Positions 40,430 through 52,430 of a DNA stretch of 64,000 bases are shown here, in pieces. The DNA lies in contig NMRA01000294.1 in assembly GCA_002633005.1 (NCBI GenBank), forward strand, positions 240,948-304,947, written 5' to 3'. Position 1 is the stretch's first letter. Every line of letters begins with the position of its first letter. This stretch comes from Phoronis australis. Its lineage: Eukaryota; Animalia; Phoronida. Below the pieces are notes generated by a model. The model was not told the DNA's origin and made no database searches. It worked only from the letters and a program-made list of their open reading frames with translations. The translations under genes were made by a program, and so were the position numbers.

Positions 40430-41059
40430 TGTTAACAGTTGGTAAATGTAACACTTAGTCAATGTTAACAGTTGGTCAATGTAACACTTAGTCAATGTTA
40501 ACAGTTGGTCTGTGTAACACTTAGTCAATGTTAACAGTTGGTCAGTGTAACACTTAGTCAATGTTAACAGTTGGTCAATATTAACAGTTGGTCAGTGTAA
40601 CACTTAGTCAATGTTAACACTTAGTCAATGTTAACAGTTGGTCAGTGTAACACTTAGTCAATGTTAACAGTTGGTCAATATTAACAGTTGGTCAGTGTAA
40701 CACTTAGTCAATGTTAACAGTTGGTCAATGTTAACAGTTGGTCAATGTAACACTTAGTCAATGTTAACATTTGGTCAATGTTAACAGTTGGTCAATGTTA
40801 ACAGTTGGTCAATGTTAACAGTTGGTCAATGTTAACAGTTGATCAATGTTAACAGTTGGTCAATGTTAACAGTTGCTCAATGTTAACAGATGGTCAATGG
40901 TAACAGTTGGTCAATGTTAACAGTTGGTCAATGTTAACAGCTATTCAATGTTAACAGTTGGTCAATTGTAACAGTTGGTCAGTGTTAACAGTTGGTCAAT
41001 GTTAACAGTTGGTCAATGTTAACAGTTGGTCAGTGGTAACAGTTGGTCAATGTTAACAG
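40430..41059. repeat. Minisatellite, 17-bp unit TGTTAACAGTTGGTCAA with 16-bp variant TGTAACACTTAGTCAA
   Basis: Directly visible contiguous array of about 630 bp with no unique spacers. Confidence 0.97.
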
Positions 41060-43111
41060 ACGAGTAAGCTCATGGTAAGTACACGGCAATACTGTCTATT
41101 TATGGACACTTGCTTGAAGTCTAGGTATGTTTGGCGATCCTCCGCAAAGAGCAAGAATAGAACAGACCACCAAGTGACATTTCAATGATACATGAAATTC
41201 AAATTCGTGTTTCATTGTCTTGGAGGGATTTACATGTATACCGATTATTATCCAATTTTAATAAGTTTTACAAGTCACTTTGTAAAATAATTCGTAATTC
41301 GATCATGACATTTGAAACAATTTCAGTCTTCTGGTTTCGTTTATTTATTTTGCTGGAAACTGTCTTGCAGGTAATGAACTGTATCACTATTACACTCAGA
41401 TTTCATAGATCTACGAATTAAGGGTGCTTGACATAACGCTCATTCGATACATGTACAATATTCGTCATTACGACGTTAAATGTAAGTAGTAGTGTGCACC
41501 ACAACGTCACACGGAAGTGGAAGAACTTCGTATCGAACGGGCGTGCTCGACACTGTTTTAATTTATCATTTTGTAATTTTGATGTTTTGAATTTTGTTCT
41601 TTGCCTGTTACAAATCTTCAAAACAAGCGTGACGAAATTAGTGTCTTATGCAAGAGATGACTTAGGTAAAAAAACACTTCTGCCAAAAATAACGTGAAAG
41701 TTGTTGCTGAAATGTCACCTCTAATGAAACGAAGGACTGAAATATTTTTAAAAAGGAATTACCCTCGTTCCTACAAGTCACCTTTTTAATTGAATTTGCC
41801 TGTTTGTTGATTATATATTGTCAGCATAAGTTAACGTATTTATGGATTTTGAGTAAGTAACATATTACCGTTTTAGCTTTTACTTCAAAACGAACAACAT
41901 TAAGTTTTGTTTTTAATTTTGTTTTATTATCATGCCCTTCGTATTCCATGCGAAATGAGACAATTTTATATCAAACCGTGTCTGGCACAAGAATGCGCAA
42001 CTTTCCATAAGAGTGCCAATAACAAGATGGCCATAGCCTCGTTGCATTTCATTAGGTGGCGCTTATGTTGTTTGGATTGTCGAATACGTTGAGTTGATGT
42101 GAATGAACTAAAACTAGAAGTTTTCTTTTAAATACGCATTAAGCTAAACTTACCCTTAGGACCTCACGCAATTAGGGGCCCGCAGCGTAACCCCTATGGG
42201 TACATCCTTGTAGTTCTTGGGGACCGGAAATGGCGTTTGGAAGTTGGAAAATTATCGCGACTGGAAGGGTATCACAAACTACCAGGCGTCGCTGGGCTTG
42301 CCATTGCTTAGGGCCAAGAAAAACATTAATCTTAGACTGTGGCAAACACTGACAATGTTGCACACAAAGTAGTGTAATGATCACCGTCTACCATTGTGAT
42401 CGGTGATCTTCTGAATGATAGCGTCAAATTGAGAGGACTGACTTTAGAATTTTGGATGAACATACTGCATCAATTTCTTAAGTGTTGTGCCATGATCTCT
42501 CCGTTGGATTTTTATTGGTACGCCACACCCCGGAATTACGGAGTTGCCGCAGCACGATTTCTACGGAATGTAAATGTGACATTCATCAATTGACACGCGG
42601 TGGCGATTATCGCGCATTTAAGCCAGTTCTGTACTACTGCGATGCAGCGTTTATAACAAGTTTTACAATAACGGCGATCTAGCTTTTCCTCCTACTGTGT
42701 TGCTGGTAAGTAAATTAAACTGGCCTAGTCGCGCTGGTTGTTCATTTCTAATTAATTGTAGTCGTTGGACAATTTGTTGTAGGTTTTTTTGCTTTAGTTG
42801 CTGTAGCTAACATGCTGTAGTATTCAACCCAATTTTCATTGTTCGATTGACGAATTATGCAGAAAACTTTTACGTTAATTAAAATTATAGAACGAGCCTA
42901 CGGGTACCTGTTGTTCATACTGTAAGTCATGGAAATCCTCCTCACTGACACTGGATTGGTGCGATCAACATATATTCTTAGTGATGTGAAAATGTTGATA
43001 TGAAATGATCTCCTGTTCCGCGACCGAATGGGGTGAATTCTCGAGATTCGTCATTCGTTCTCGCGCTTCTTTAACAAAAGCTGCGACAGTGCTGCGTTCA
43101 GTAGATGTCAC

Positions 43112-43310
43112 GGTAAGAAACTCGCGAACATATAAGACTAAGCAGAACTATACGAATGAAAGGTGAGGGTTTAGCGAGTATGCTCGGAACCTTACTAGAG
43201 TGCATTAGAGAAACGGAAGTGACTGGTCGGTGAGGTTGGAATGCTGAATTATGGGATTCAGTCCACTGTTGTCGTTCCATAAACGAAGATTTCCAGCCGC
43301 ATAGCGAGCG
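43112..43310 (+). repeat. Dispersed repeat, diverged copy of 23850..24085
   Basis: Same shared motifs as at 23850..24085. Confidence 0.6.
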
Positions 43311-44841
43311 ACTCAGTTACGTCTACCGAAAGCACCCCCACGAAATCGAAGTAACAAGCACTGAATGTACACTGTATGGGCAACTCGCCATTTTGTTTCT
43401 ACTATATCTTCGCCTACTCGCGCACACGGGGGATGTTAATGTGGTCATAATGGTTGTGTAAAACGACCTTCAAGAAACTTTCTATGAATTGGGAAATCGT
43501 CTGCCTTTTAGAGGTCACGGAAACGTAAGGTGTCACCATGCATGACAAGCTTTATGCCGCCATCTCAGCCACATAAGTTGTTAGCAAAACTGAGACCTGA
43601 ACGCAGGGCTAAAACAAGGTACTGCCCACGCAATGATGTCACTTTTTGTAAAAATACACATGCGCAATACCTATTCAATGTTGCCACTTCTTAACACATT
43701 TCTGCCGATTCCAGATTGCCCTATCGGCAAGAAATAATGACGAATTGTCGCGGTTTCGAGTCGACATGTGGCCGTGCAGTTGTCGCGATAAAGTGAAAAA
43801 AATGACGAAGGCCTAGGAAATGATAGAAAATCTGTGAAACTAAGAGAAGTCACTATATTGCACAGATTTATTGACGTCATTTCCGAACAGCTCATACGAA
43901 ACGTGTTGTCTGATGTCACGTTGAATAAATTAACCTATGTGCAAAAACATCTAGATGTTTTATTAGAATGTTCGTGTAACGCCGTAATATAAGGTGTGTA
44001 TCTTTTTTTATTCTGAAACAGTTTCGTGTTCGATAGGAATCGATCAATAAATAATTTTAATTTCCACACTGTCGTAAGTGGCGATGTAATGACGTGTCGT
44101 GAAGAAACCTGCATGCAAAAAGACAATTAAATTCTGACCGTCGATGCTTGCCGATGAAGCGAACGTGCGAAATGTCTACGATATACATTAAATGTGCAGA
44201 TTCCTTTGAAGTTAGGAGAACCCAACTTGACGGTACTTGACGCCCTGCAGTTGTTTCCTTCGAATATTCTCAAACTCAGTAATATATGACATCAATATTA
44301 TTAATAGCAATGTACAAACAAGTCAATCTGTTGGTGTATAAAATTTCAGGTATAATTATAACGTCAATTGCAAAATGCTCAGATATTAGCATAAGCTCTT
44401 GATTTGCCATTATGTTCAAATGAGAACAGCAGACCGCCACATCAAAGAGGCAACCTGGACTTAAACAAAGTAATCTGACGTCGTGTTTGTGTTTTGGTCG
44501 AACTTGGAAAACGGGCATTTGTGAAATATTAAAGTAGGTATATTTTGTTTCCGAAGACTTCAAAAGCATGTAATCATTAAAGCTGCATTTTCCCTGTTTA
44601 GCTGGCTGAAATTCGAAAATCAAATTTTGTATTTTACTTTCATAAAATTGATCTCATAAAAGATATTCCTTACAGAGAAACATAAAGGAATCTATTCTAG
44701 GTGAAACCATCAACCACCTATTGGGGTTGGATAACCTAAAATTTGAATTCGAAAATGGCGCATGAATGCACAGCATGTGACTTGAGTTGGTAACGGGAAT
44801 AGAATCCTGTCACGGTAATGAATATCATCAAAAGGCCTCTG

Positions 44842-44926
44842 TGAGAGTATGACGTATCAATCCATGAGAGTCTGAGGTTTCAATCCATGAGAACATGACG
44901 TATCAATCCATGGGAGTATGACGTCA
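44842..44926. repeat. 23-bp tandem repeat (~3.7 copies) carrying TGACG/TGACGTCA motifs
   Basis: Units TGAGAGTATGACGTATCAATCCA and variants. A full TGACGTCA lies at 44919-44926. Confidence 0.85.
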
Positions 44927-45949
44927 TCTCTGCTGGGCTTTAACTTTAAAAATGGGGAACTTTTTGTTTCGTGGTTTGTTTGTATATTTTATTCTTCATA
45001 TGTTTGTTTTCTAATTATTTCTGTTTACTGGGCCTACTTTTCTGTGGAGTAGATCTTCCTCAATCACAACACGTTAATTGTACCTAAATGCAAGACATGT
45101 TTTTTTTTCATAGATTGATGTAATGAGTTTGATACCATCCTCAATTTTCAAGCTTAAGAGAGTTTGGTCGCCTGGACTCCACACTTACTACTATGACATT
45201 TTTGTTTCAAGCTAATTGTGTTAAATGAGATCAAATGAGGACAGAACGCATAGAAATTATGTATTCGAGGTCTTCAGCCAGTCTCACTGAAGATAGCAAC
45301 AGCCGAAAGCGCCGCTTTGTCATTGAGTATACGAAACACATATTACTCACGACTACACAGTACCGTACAACTCAGCCCTATACATGTAGGTAAAAGATCC
45401 GTACCACTAATATTAGTGTAAATTATTTCAAGCTCTAGTTGAGGAGGCATGCGTTGTCTTCTCCCCTCGGGAGTGGGTGGCCAGATGTACAAGCTTATAC
45501 CGTAGAGTGCCATGACTTCTCTACTTCACTGACAATCAACTAGAGTGGAAGGAACAAGATCATTAATTGATAATCTGTGTTAACAGGCGTTAATCAAAAC
45601 TACAACAGTTGGAATAGGAAAGCTACTTTATTGTCAGTGTGCTGCCCATACTGGTATTGTGTTCTAAACGTTTAAAGAGAAAGACATAGGAATCTGGTAC
45701 GCTATTCTTCGTACTGCAACACTTGTACTCTATTTGAAGGTAACCGTGGTGTGTTCAAATTGAATGAATGCTGTTATTAAATAAGACGATTAACAGATCG
45801 TCATTTGAGTACCTTAGAATTAATGTGAACGATGACTTTCATTTAGTGATGGTTTCGATTCACGAGTACATTGTGATAACCGTGTCAAATTTATTTTTCG
45901 TGTTGTCTCCTTCTACCAGTGAGGTTTGCATTCATAAACATATCAATTA

Positions 45950-45969
45950 ATCATTTGATTTATTTTCAG
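45950..45969 (+). promoter_or_regulatory. Putative 3' splice acceptor preceding the GPCR coding exon
   Basis: T-rich tract ending in TTTTCAG, with 24 nt between it and the ATG at 45994. Confidence 0.6.
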
Positions 45970-45993
45970 CGCACCACTACTCAAGACTGCGAA

Positions 45994-47322
45994 ATGAAGC
46001 TGTTGAATGTGGCCGCCGTGTGTCTCTGTCTTCTGCTGGTGTGCTGTTGTAGCGTTAACGCTGCCCGCCGACGAAAGCTGGTAGTGAACGGGTCTAGAGT
46101 GATTGAGCAATATACAGTGACGACACCTGCAGGGGATACAAACGTGTCAACGAACGAGTTAGAACAACTCAAGTTTAAAATGTTTTTTGTCTTTGACGGC
46201 ATCATCAATCCCATCGTCTGCATCATCGGGATGATCAGCAACATTTTGAATATGATTGTACTTACAAGACGACGCATGCGCACTTCTACAAATCTATTTT
46301 TGTTCGCGTTGGCGATTGCAGATTTCTCAATTTTGCTAATCTGCTGTTTATATTACATCCGATTTTGTGGATATTACGACCCGCCGATAGTGCCGCCTAA
46401 TTCATTACCGGAAACGGAAGCATTTTTCTGGTGGCTCTACTTCCATACATGGTACATGATTGCAAATATCTTCCTGACCTCATCTAACTGGCTGATACTG
46501 TCAGTGACGGTGTATCGATTTATAGCCGTGTGTTTTCCCATTCAAGCTCAACGAATGTGCACCAGTGCACGAGCACGAATCGCAATCGTTATCATCTATC
46601 TAACTGCCCTCGTGTTGAACTTACCGGACTTCTTTACAGTTGAGTACGTTGAAAGTGTAAGTAATAACAAAACGTATCCCAAAATGAACATGACTGAATT
46701 TTATTATTCGACTAATATCAAAGCTTTCCAAACAACGAAATTGGCTTTGAACATTTTTATTCCCTGGATCGCTTGCTTGATTTTGACCATTATTTTGATC
46801 ATAACATTGAAAGACAGTTCTGAAAGATTGCGACATATCTCTGCCCATTCACAGTCTTCTTACGGTAGGAGCTTAAGCCAATCAAATGCTGTTTCTCACA
46901 GGGCCGACGACCAGAAGAAAATCAGCCGTATGCTGATTTTGTTGGTGGTTTGGTTCCTCATATGCGAATTCCCGTCTGCTTTGCTATATATTCTCCAAGC
47001 AGTTTACGACAGGCAGATAACAGAGAACTCGACCCCGTTTTTGATATTGCGACTGGTTGCAGACGTCTTTTTAACAGCGAATTATGCGTCAAATTTTTTC
47101 TTATATGCTGCAAGCAACCAACTGTATAGGAAGGTGTTGGTAAACGTGTTAACATGTCGTAAAACAAGGCGGTTTCTAGGAACAAGGTCTGGTTCTACTT
47201 CAAATGACTTCCGAACCCAAATCTCGGTCACACACAATGGTTCAAGAACAAGCTCTCCAAGTGTTCGCTCTTCGGTCACCAAAATGTCCGCCATAAAAAA
47301 GAATGGGACCAACTACATTTGA
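45994..47322 (+). CDS. Class A (rhodopsin-like) GPCR, FMRFamide/myosuppressin/sex-peptide receptor-like, 442 aa, uninterrupted ORF
   Basis: Seven hydrophobic segments: TM1 IGMISNIL, ICL1 RRRMRTSTN, TM2 LAIAD, TM3 TVYRFIAVCFP (DRY variant), TM6 FLICEFP and TM7 NYASNFFLY, plus a Ser/Thr-rich tail. The first ATG is at 45994; the ORF track's 45919 start is a GTG upstream of the acceptor. Confidence 0.93.
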   Translation: MKLLNVAAVCLCLLLVCCCSVNAARRRKLVVNGSRVIEQYTVTTPAGDTNVSTNELEQLKFKMFFVFDGIINPIVCIIGMISNILNMIVLTRRRMRTSTNLFLFALAIADFSILLICCLYYIRFCGYYDPPIVPPNSLPETEAFFWWLYFHTWYMIANIFLTSSNWLILSVTVYRFIAVCFPIQAQRMCTSARARIAIVIIYLTALVLNLPDFFTVEYVESVSNNKTYPKMNMTEFYYSTNIKAFQTTKLALNIFIPWIACLILTIILIITLKDSSERLRHISAHSQSSYGRSLSQSNAVSHRADDQKKISRMLILLVVWFLICEFPSALLYILQAVYDRQITENSTPFLILRLVADVFLTANYASNFFLYAASNQLYRKVLVNVLTCRKTRRFLGTRSGSTSNDFRTQISVTHNGSRTSSPSVRSSVTKMSAIKKNGTNYI

Positions 47323-47415
47323 TAGACTAACCATGTTTTGCTTTAAGAAATCGCCAGATGTCAGTTTTAAAGTATAATGTGCATGCCATATTTAATCGGC
47401 AGCAAGATCAGCATG

Positions 47416-47561
47416 CGTAGACCATACTTTAAAAACCCTTGATCTTGTTGCAGTGTACAGGGTGTCTCGATATATGAGACATATTTTACGTAGACTATAC
47501 TTTAAAAACCCTTGATCTTGTTGCAGTGTACAGGGTGTCTCGATATATGAGACATATTTTA
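47416..47561. repeat. Near-perfect 73-bp tandem duplication in the presumed GPCR 3' UTR
   Basis: 47416-47488 and 47489-47561 differ at about one position. Confidence 0.93.
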
Positions 47562-49240
47562 AATATGAATAACTCAAAAGAGATGATGAATCAGAACGCA
47601 TCTAGGTAGCAGCATAGTAACAGTGTGGGAGTTTTCTACCCTCCGGCACCTGAGCACTTATGTGCTCTAGTTCCCATGAGAACAATTACACCACCATGAA
47701 ATGCTGAGATTCGGGAAATGATATATTTAAGTTTCGATAGGTTGACATGTTTGTTAATTTATTCATTGCACAGTTATATCAGTGTGATGTTCAGTTGTGA
47801 CATAAGTATTCAGCAGGATGAGTGCTTCAGCACACAGCTCGTTGACCTATAGATACAACAAAACACCAGTTACTGAACTATTACATTTCCCCCTTTGAAT
47901 ATGTTCCGTAGATTGCTAACATACTTTCTAATGCATTAGGTGATGTAGCAAATAGAGCAAAAGATTGTCCACGCACGAAACCTCAAATAGATATTTTGTT
48001 TTAAATTTTTATTCGTACATAAAATGTGTCCCATAACTTTGAGACATGCTAGGGGCATAGCTATGGCAGTGTTTCTCTGGAGTTATGCACTGTCCTCTTG
48101 AGGAAGCATCTATTACCACCACCGACTCATTGTCCACTTTGGGCACAGTCAATTGTGACAGTGTAAAGAAATTCCACCCTTGTACCGTGTTTCACAGGTT
48201 TTCTATTAAGTGCATCCTTCTTTACGCGCAGGTTGGCTATGGTCCTGGACATGTGCTTAGGTCGTGGATAGATTATTTAATTATTTGTTTATCTGTACAT
48301 CACTCATGTTGGTGGAATTCGAATGTTGTAGGTCTGTTTCATGAAAAGTGACTTAAGTAGAAATTTGTCTCTGACGCTCCCACATCACAATTGTTAAAAA
48401 AGGCTTAGCCCGGTAATTATGTTCGTATCACAGTCTACTAGAAATACTTTATAGGAATTATTTGGTAATTAACAGTTTGTTTATATTCTCAGAGACTACG
48501 GACTTTTGCACAAATGAGATTCGATTGTTTTTCAGAAATAATTGTGCGAGTCGTAGCACCAAGGTCCGACTTGAGTCTTACATGTACTGACTAAAAATTC
48601 ACCCCAGGGGGTATGTTTCATCATGAAAACTGAGTTACTATTTAACTAAGAAATTTCTTCTTACGCCCACAACTTCAAAAATACGTGGTATCTGAAAATA
48701 AGTCCATGATTGCTAATAAATTATATCGTTTCGTCGAATTACATACATTTCTAAACTGCCATTTGCCAAGATGGCGAAAAGTTTATTCAGTAATTGTGAA
48801 GTCAAATTTTCTATGTTATGTCACGTAAATGTTATGTCACGTTTTAGTTCATTAAAAAGATTATTGGTGTTCAAAAGTATGAAGAAAAACCCTCGTTCTA
48901 CGTTCTAATTCATAACTTATAGCATATACATGCATGTGTGCTGCGCTTGGCGGTTACGGATGTCGAGAACGTGTGGGAATTGCCTCATAGTCGTTTGATC
49001 TGAATGGGCATATATTCGTCTAAATCGGCGATATAAAAGTCGAAACGCTTCGATTTATTGCGTACATAACTATGAAATATCCTCATTTCCCTGAAGCAAT
49101 TTAAACTGTTGTGTGAACATCACGCACGTTTTCTGTGAGCAAGTTGCATTGTTAAGTAGCGTTGGGTACAAACGAAGGAAGCCAGCTCACAGTTTGAATT
49201 TGTATGACGTTATAAAAATTGAAGATGATTAAAATCAAAA

Positions 49241-49394
49241 GGGATACTATCGGTTTAAAGGGGACACTATCGGTTTAAAAGGGGCACTATCGGTTTAAAT
49301 TGGACGCTATCAGTTTAAATTGGACACTGTCGGTTTAAATTGGACACTATCGGTTTAAACTGGACACTATCAGTTTAAACTGGACACTGTCGGT
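49241..49394. repeat. 20-bp minisatellite (~7.7 copies), TGGACACTATCGGTTTAAAN
   Basis: Directly visible contiguous units. Confidence 0.95.
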
Positions 49395-51206
49395 CTCACG
49401 GCTGAAAATGCATGTATGGGATAATTGTTGGATGGGATATTCGAATCTGCGATCAGAAAACTACTTTTCTCGTCGGTACTATCCCTTAGAAGCTACTGAG
49501 CTTGTCTTTCGCAAAAGTTTGATAGCAACATCCGGCTAGCCTGCAAATGACGTCTCACAATAACCAGTCAAAAACAAGTTCCATGAAACAGACCCCGTAT
49601 CAAATGCAGTATCCGTGACATGCAGTGAAATGCTGAACGCTTGTAGAGTAGCATTCACGCTTATATTCATTCTGACGTCGGGCAAGTTTTAGTGTTTCGT
49701 TATTATAATGTAAAAAGTGAAGAAAGGTCTGTCATTTTGTGCTTTCTGTCGACATTACGTTTGTGAAGTTGTTGTATTAATGTATTCACTTCGTTTTTAT
49801 GTGTACAAGTATTCCCAATAGACTTAGATGAAGAGCTACAGATTGAGGCAAAGGATGATGATGGATGGTATTGATCGCGTTTTATTTTTGTAGTCTTTAA
49901 ATCTTAATATATTTGTAGCTACTAAACAGTTAATGTTGTTTATTGTATAAAACTTGTAATGTATTATTGTAATATTATTTCTAATGTTCATTCAGTGTGT
50001 TGTATAGCAATATGGACTTCATTCACTGCATTAGTTCGAATCTTAAGATCAAAATGGTCATGGTATTATTTTACCATAAATCTCCAGTGCTTCACGTAAG
50101 AAGGTGGCATTGGCGTTTTATCATTTCTATTTTACCTGTAGTCTGTAGTTAACAAGATCTTGAAATACAATATGACTCATTGGCCTGAGTTGGTTCTTTC
50201 TAATGTAGATAACGCATACAACAATAAAGTCGTGATCTGAGCTGAGTTGAGTATTGTTATTCACCTGTAACAAGACAGAGTGGTGTGATTTCCAAAACAC
50301 TTGTAAACGCAGCAGGGGTTGCACGAATTGAATATGTTTAGGAATGCATTGTAGCCATTGTATTGTAACATCACGATCTTAGAAGTTAACAGTTGCAACC
50401 GATCCGATCATAAGTGCTTATCCTACCTTGGTGAATTTAGTCACGCGTCATACTCACAAAGCCGGCCACGCTCAGGGGACCCGGGGCATTTTCGACAGAG
50501 GCACTCAGTTTTCAACATTTTCGAAGCACATAACACCATACTTAATACAAGTTCGATCAAAGACGATATGCGCATACATGTATTTGTTGAGCAAGTTTAT
50601 TCAGTGTTCAAAGGGAAATTTTAGACAATGCAAAGTTTTCGATTTTTGTGTTTTTGTTGCTCAATAATTTATAAAACGGTGTCGGCTAATATTGACGTTA
50701 TTTGACCCGCGTTTGGGGAATACGAAGGTTAAACTTCAAATTATGTTATATATCAAAAGAAATCATGATCCTTGATCCGGGTGCAAATTATTCTCGAAAC
50801 CGCGTGTCCTTGCAGTCAACTCTCGGAACGGGAACCCGATTATAAAATTAATTGTTGTTCGTTCCCCTTTTTGTGAAACTGTTCTATTAGTGATGGTAAA
50901 GGACCCTTTTTAGAACGGGTTCCCGGTACTGAATGTCACTATTTTCCTGTTTTTATAGTAATATACCATACGGAGGGATCTCTCGTGGTAGTGGATACGA
51001 GGCAATTGCCGCCCCTTGCCCCTATGAATACGGCATTGAATCATAGTAGAAGTATTGTACTGTACACTGGAGCCAACGGCGACACGGTCGTTCAGAGTTA
51101 AGATGTCAAACAAACGACTCGTTCGAAACGTACTGTAGCCCCAATCGCTGCTTACAAGCAAATAAAGTGACTGGTATAAATAGTCAAAGTTTCGACCAGA
51201 ACAATG

Positions 51207-51468
51207 AAGGGGAGGATCCAGGATTTTGAGTTTGGGGAGGCCAGGGCATAGAATTTCACCACATACGCGCGAATTTTTGGATTTGTTTACCTTATTACAC
51301 AAAAACGGGTAAACGGATTTGTTCAAGGCCTGTGCATTGTCATTGGCCCCCCGAGCGCATACGCTAGTCAGCAATTCGCACCCCCAACTGTCAAGTGAGT
51401 TCTTGGAGGATTTTAGGGGGGCCGTGGCCCCCGTGCCCCCTCCCCCCACCCCTCTAAATGCGCCACTG
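51207..51468 (-). mobile_element. hAT-like MITE, same family as 16451..16614, opposite orientation
   Basis: The right end reverse-complements to CAGTGGCGCATTTAGAGGGG. The left end GGATCCAGGATTTTGAGTT matches the other terminus of the 16.5 kb copy. Confidence 0.6.
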
Positions 51469-51989
51469 CATTGTAAAGTTGCGGAAATTACTTAACAGTC
51501 GTTCCATGTATACAGTAATATTATCCCAGAAATAACTGGTCGCTTTTTTCAAAAAATGAGATTTGTTGCTTTCCACGTCCAAATAGTAGGCCGTGACAAG
51601 GGATTTATCACGCCTTACTTATCAGTACCAATTGTTTTATAATGGAAGATATGTAAAATTGTATTTAATGATCTAAATCGTTCACATTTTGTCGCTAATA
51701 TTATCATGTCGTGGAAGGTCTAGTAAATCACTAGTAAACGTCATTCTCCGGGGGGTTCACGAGCCTTGCTCTTGTGACAGTGTTTTTGCTCTTGGAGTGG
51801 ACACTTTAATGCTTTTGAGTGCTCGTCGTCTGTTGACGTTTCAAACGTTACAAACACGAAGATGCGGATCCGTTGAGAATCCAATGCCTCGGAGCCTCCC
51901 CCTGTTCGATCTAGTTTGACATCATGAATAGCTGGAATACAAAGAGCACTCTATTTGTGTGCTCATCTGAATTCAGGCACCATTTGGTC

Positions 51990-52430
51990 TTGATCAAAGA
52001 TCCGCAAGTGCCCAACACACTCAAATGTTTCAGGTAGTAGACAACATTTTACTTTACGGAGGCATTTTATGTGTATTGTGCTTAGATAACATTCACAACA
52101 TTGCTTTGTATGACCAGTAAAAAAAACGTTGCATAACGGGTTCGATACCTGAATGGCATCGGACGAGCGTTGGCCACATAGGTCGGGTGCACAGCACAAA
52201 ACACCTGATTTCAAACTCGTGAGACCCCTCTTATGTATACAGTCATTAGGCTCTTCCAGAGACATTGCAGAAGTCCGTAGCCAAGTATAACATATTCAGC
52301 TGTTACGGATGCTTGGTGTTTGAACGAAGTTACTGTCCACAGTTAGCGTTCACAACCACCACCGTTCCACGTGTCTGGTCATCTAACCTATTCCGCTCAG
52401 AAGGATCGGTGATCCCTCTTGTATGACGAG
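51990..52430 (-). mobile_element. Possible degraded CR1/L2 AP-endonuclease fragment
   Basis: RNRLDDQTRGTVVV, LQCLW and HKRGLTSLKSGVLCCAP resemble RxDR..GGGV, ExLW and LPRGxSxIxxGxxYHPP, in that order. Confidence 0.3.

Noticed and set aside
40430-41059. CRISPR-like array
   Set aside because: The units are contiguous with no unique spacers, there are no cas genes, and the context is eukaryotic. The same applies to 49241-49394 and the modules at 27208-27637.
44147-44182. Hammerhead-like CCGATGA..GCGAAATGTC
   Set aside because: The core has substitutions and stems I and III pair poorly. It is at best a dead relic.
45919-45993. N-terminal extension of the GPCR in the ORF track
   Set aside because: It starts at GTG and crosses a good splice acceptor. 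The ATG at 45994 begins a signal-peptide-like sequence.
50910-51449. 179-aa ORF
   Set aside because: It has no ATG start and no recognisable domain, and it runs through a MITE.
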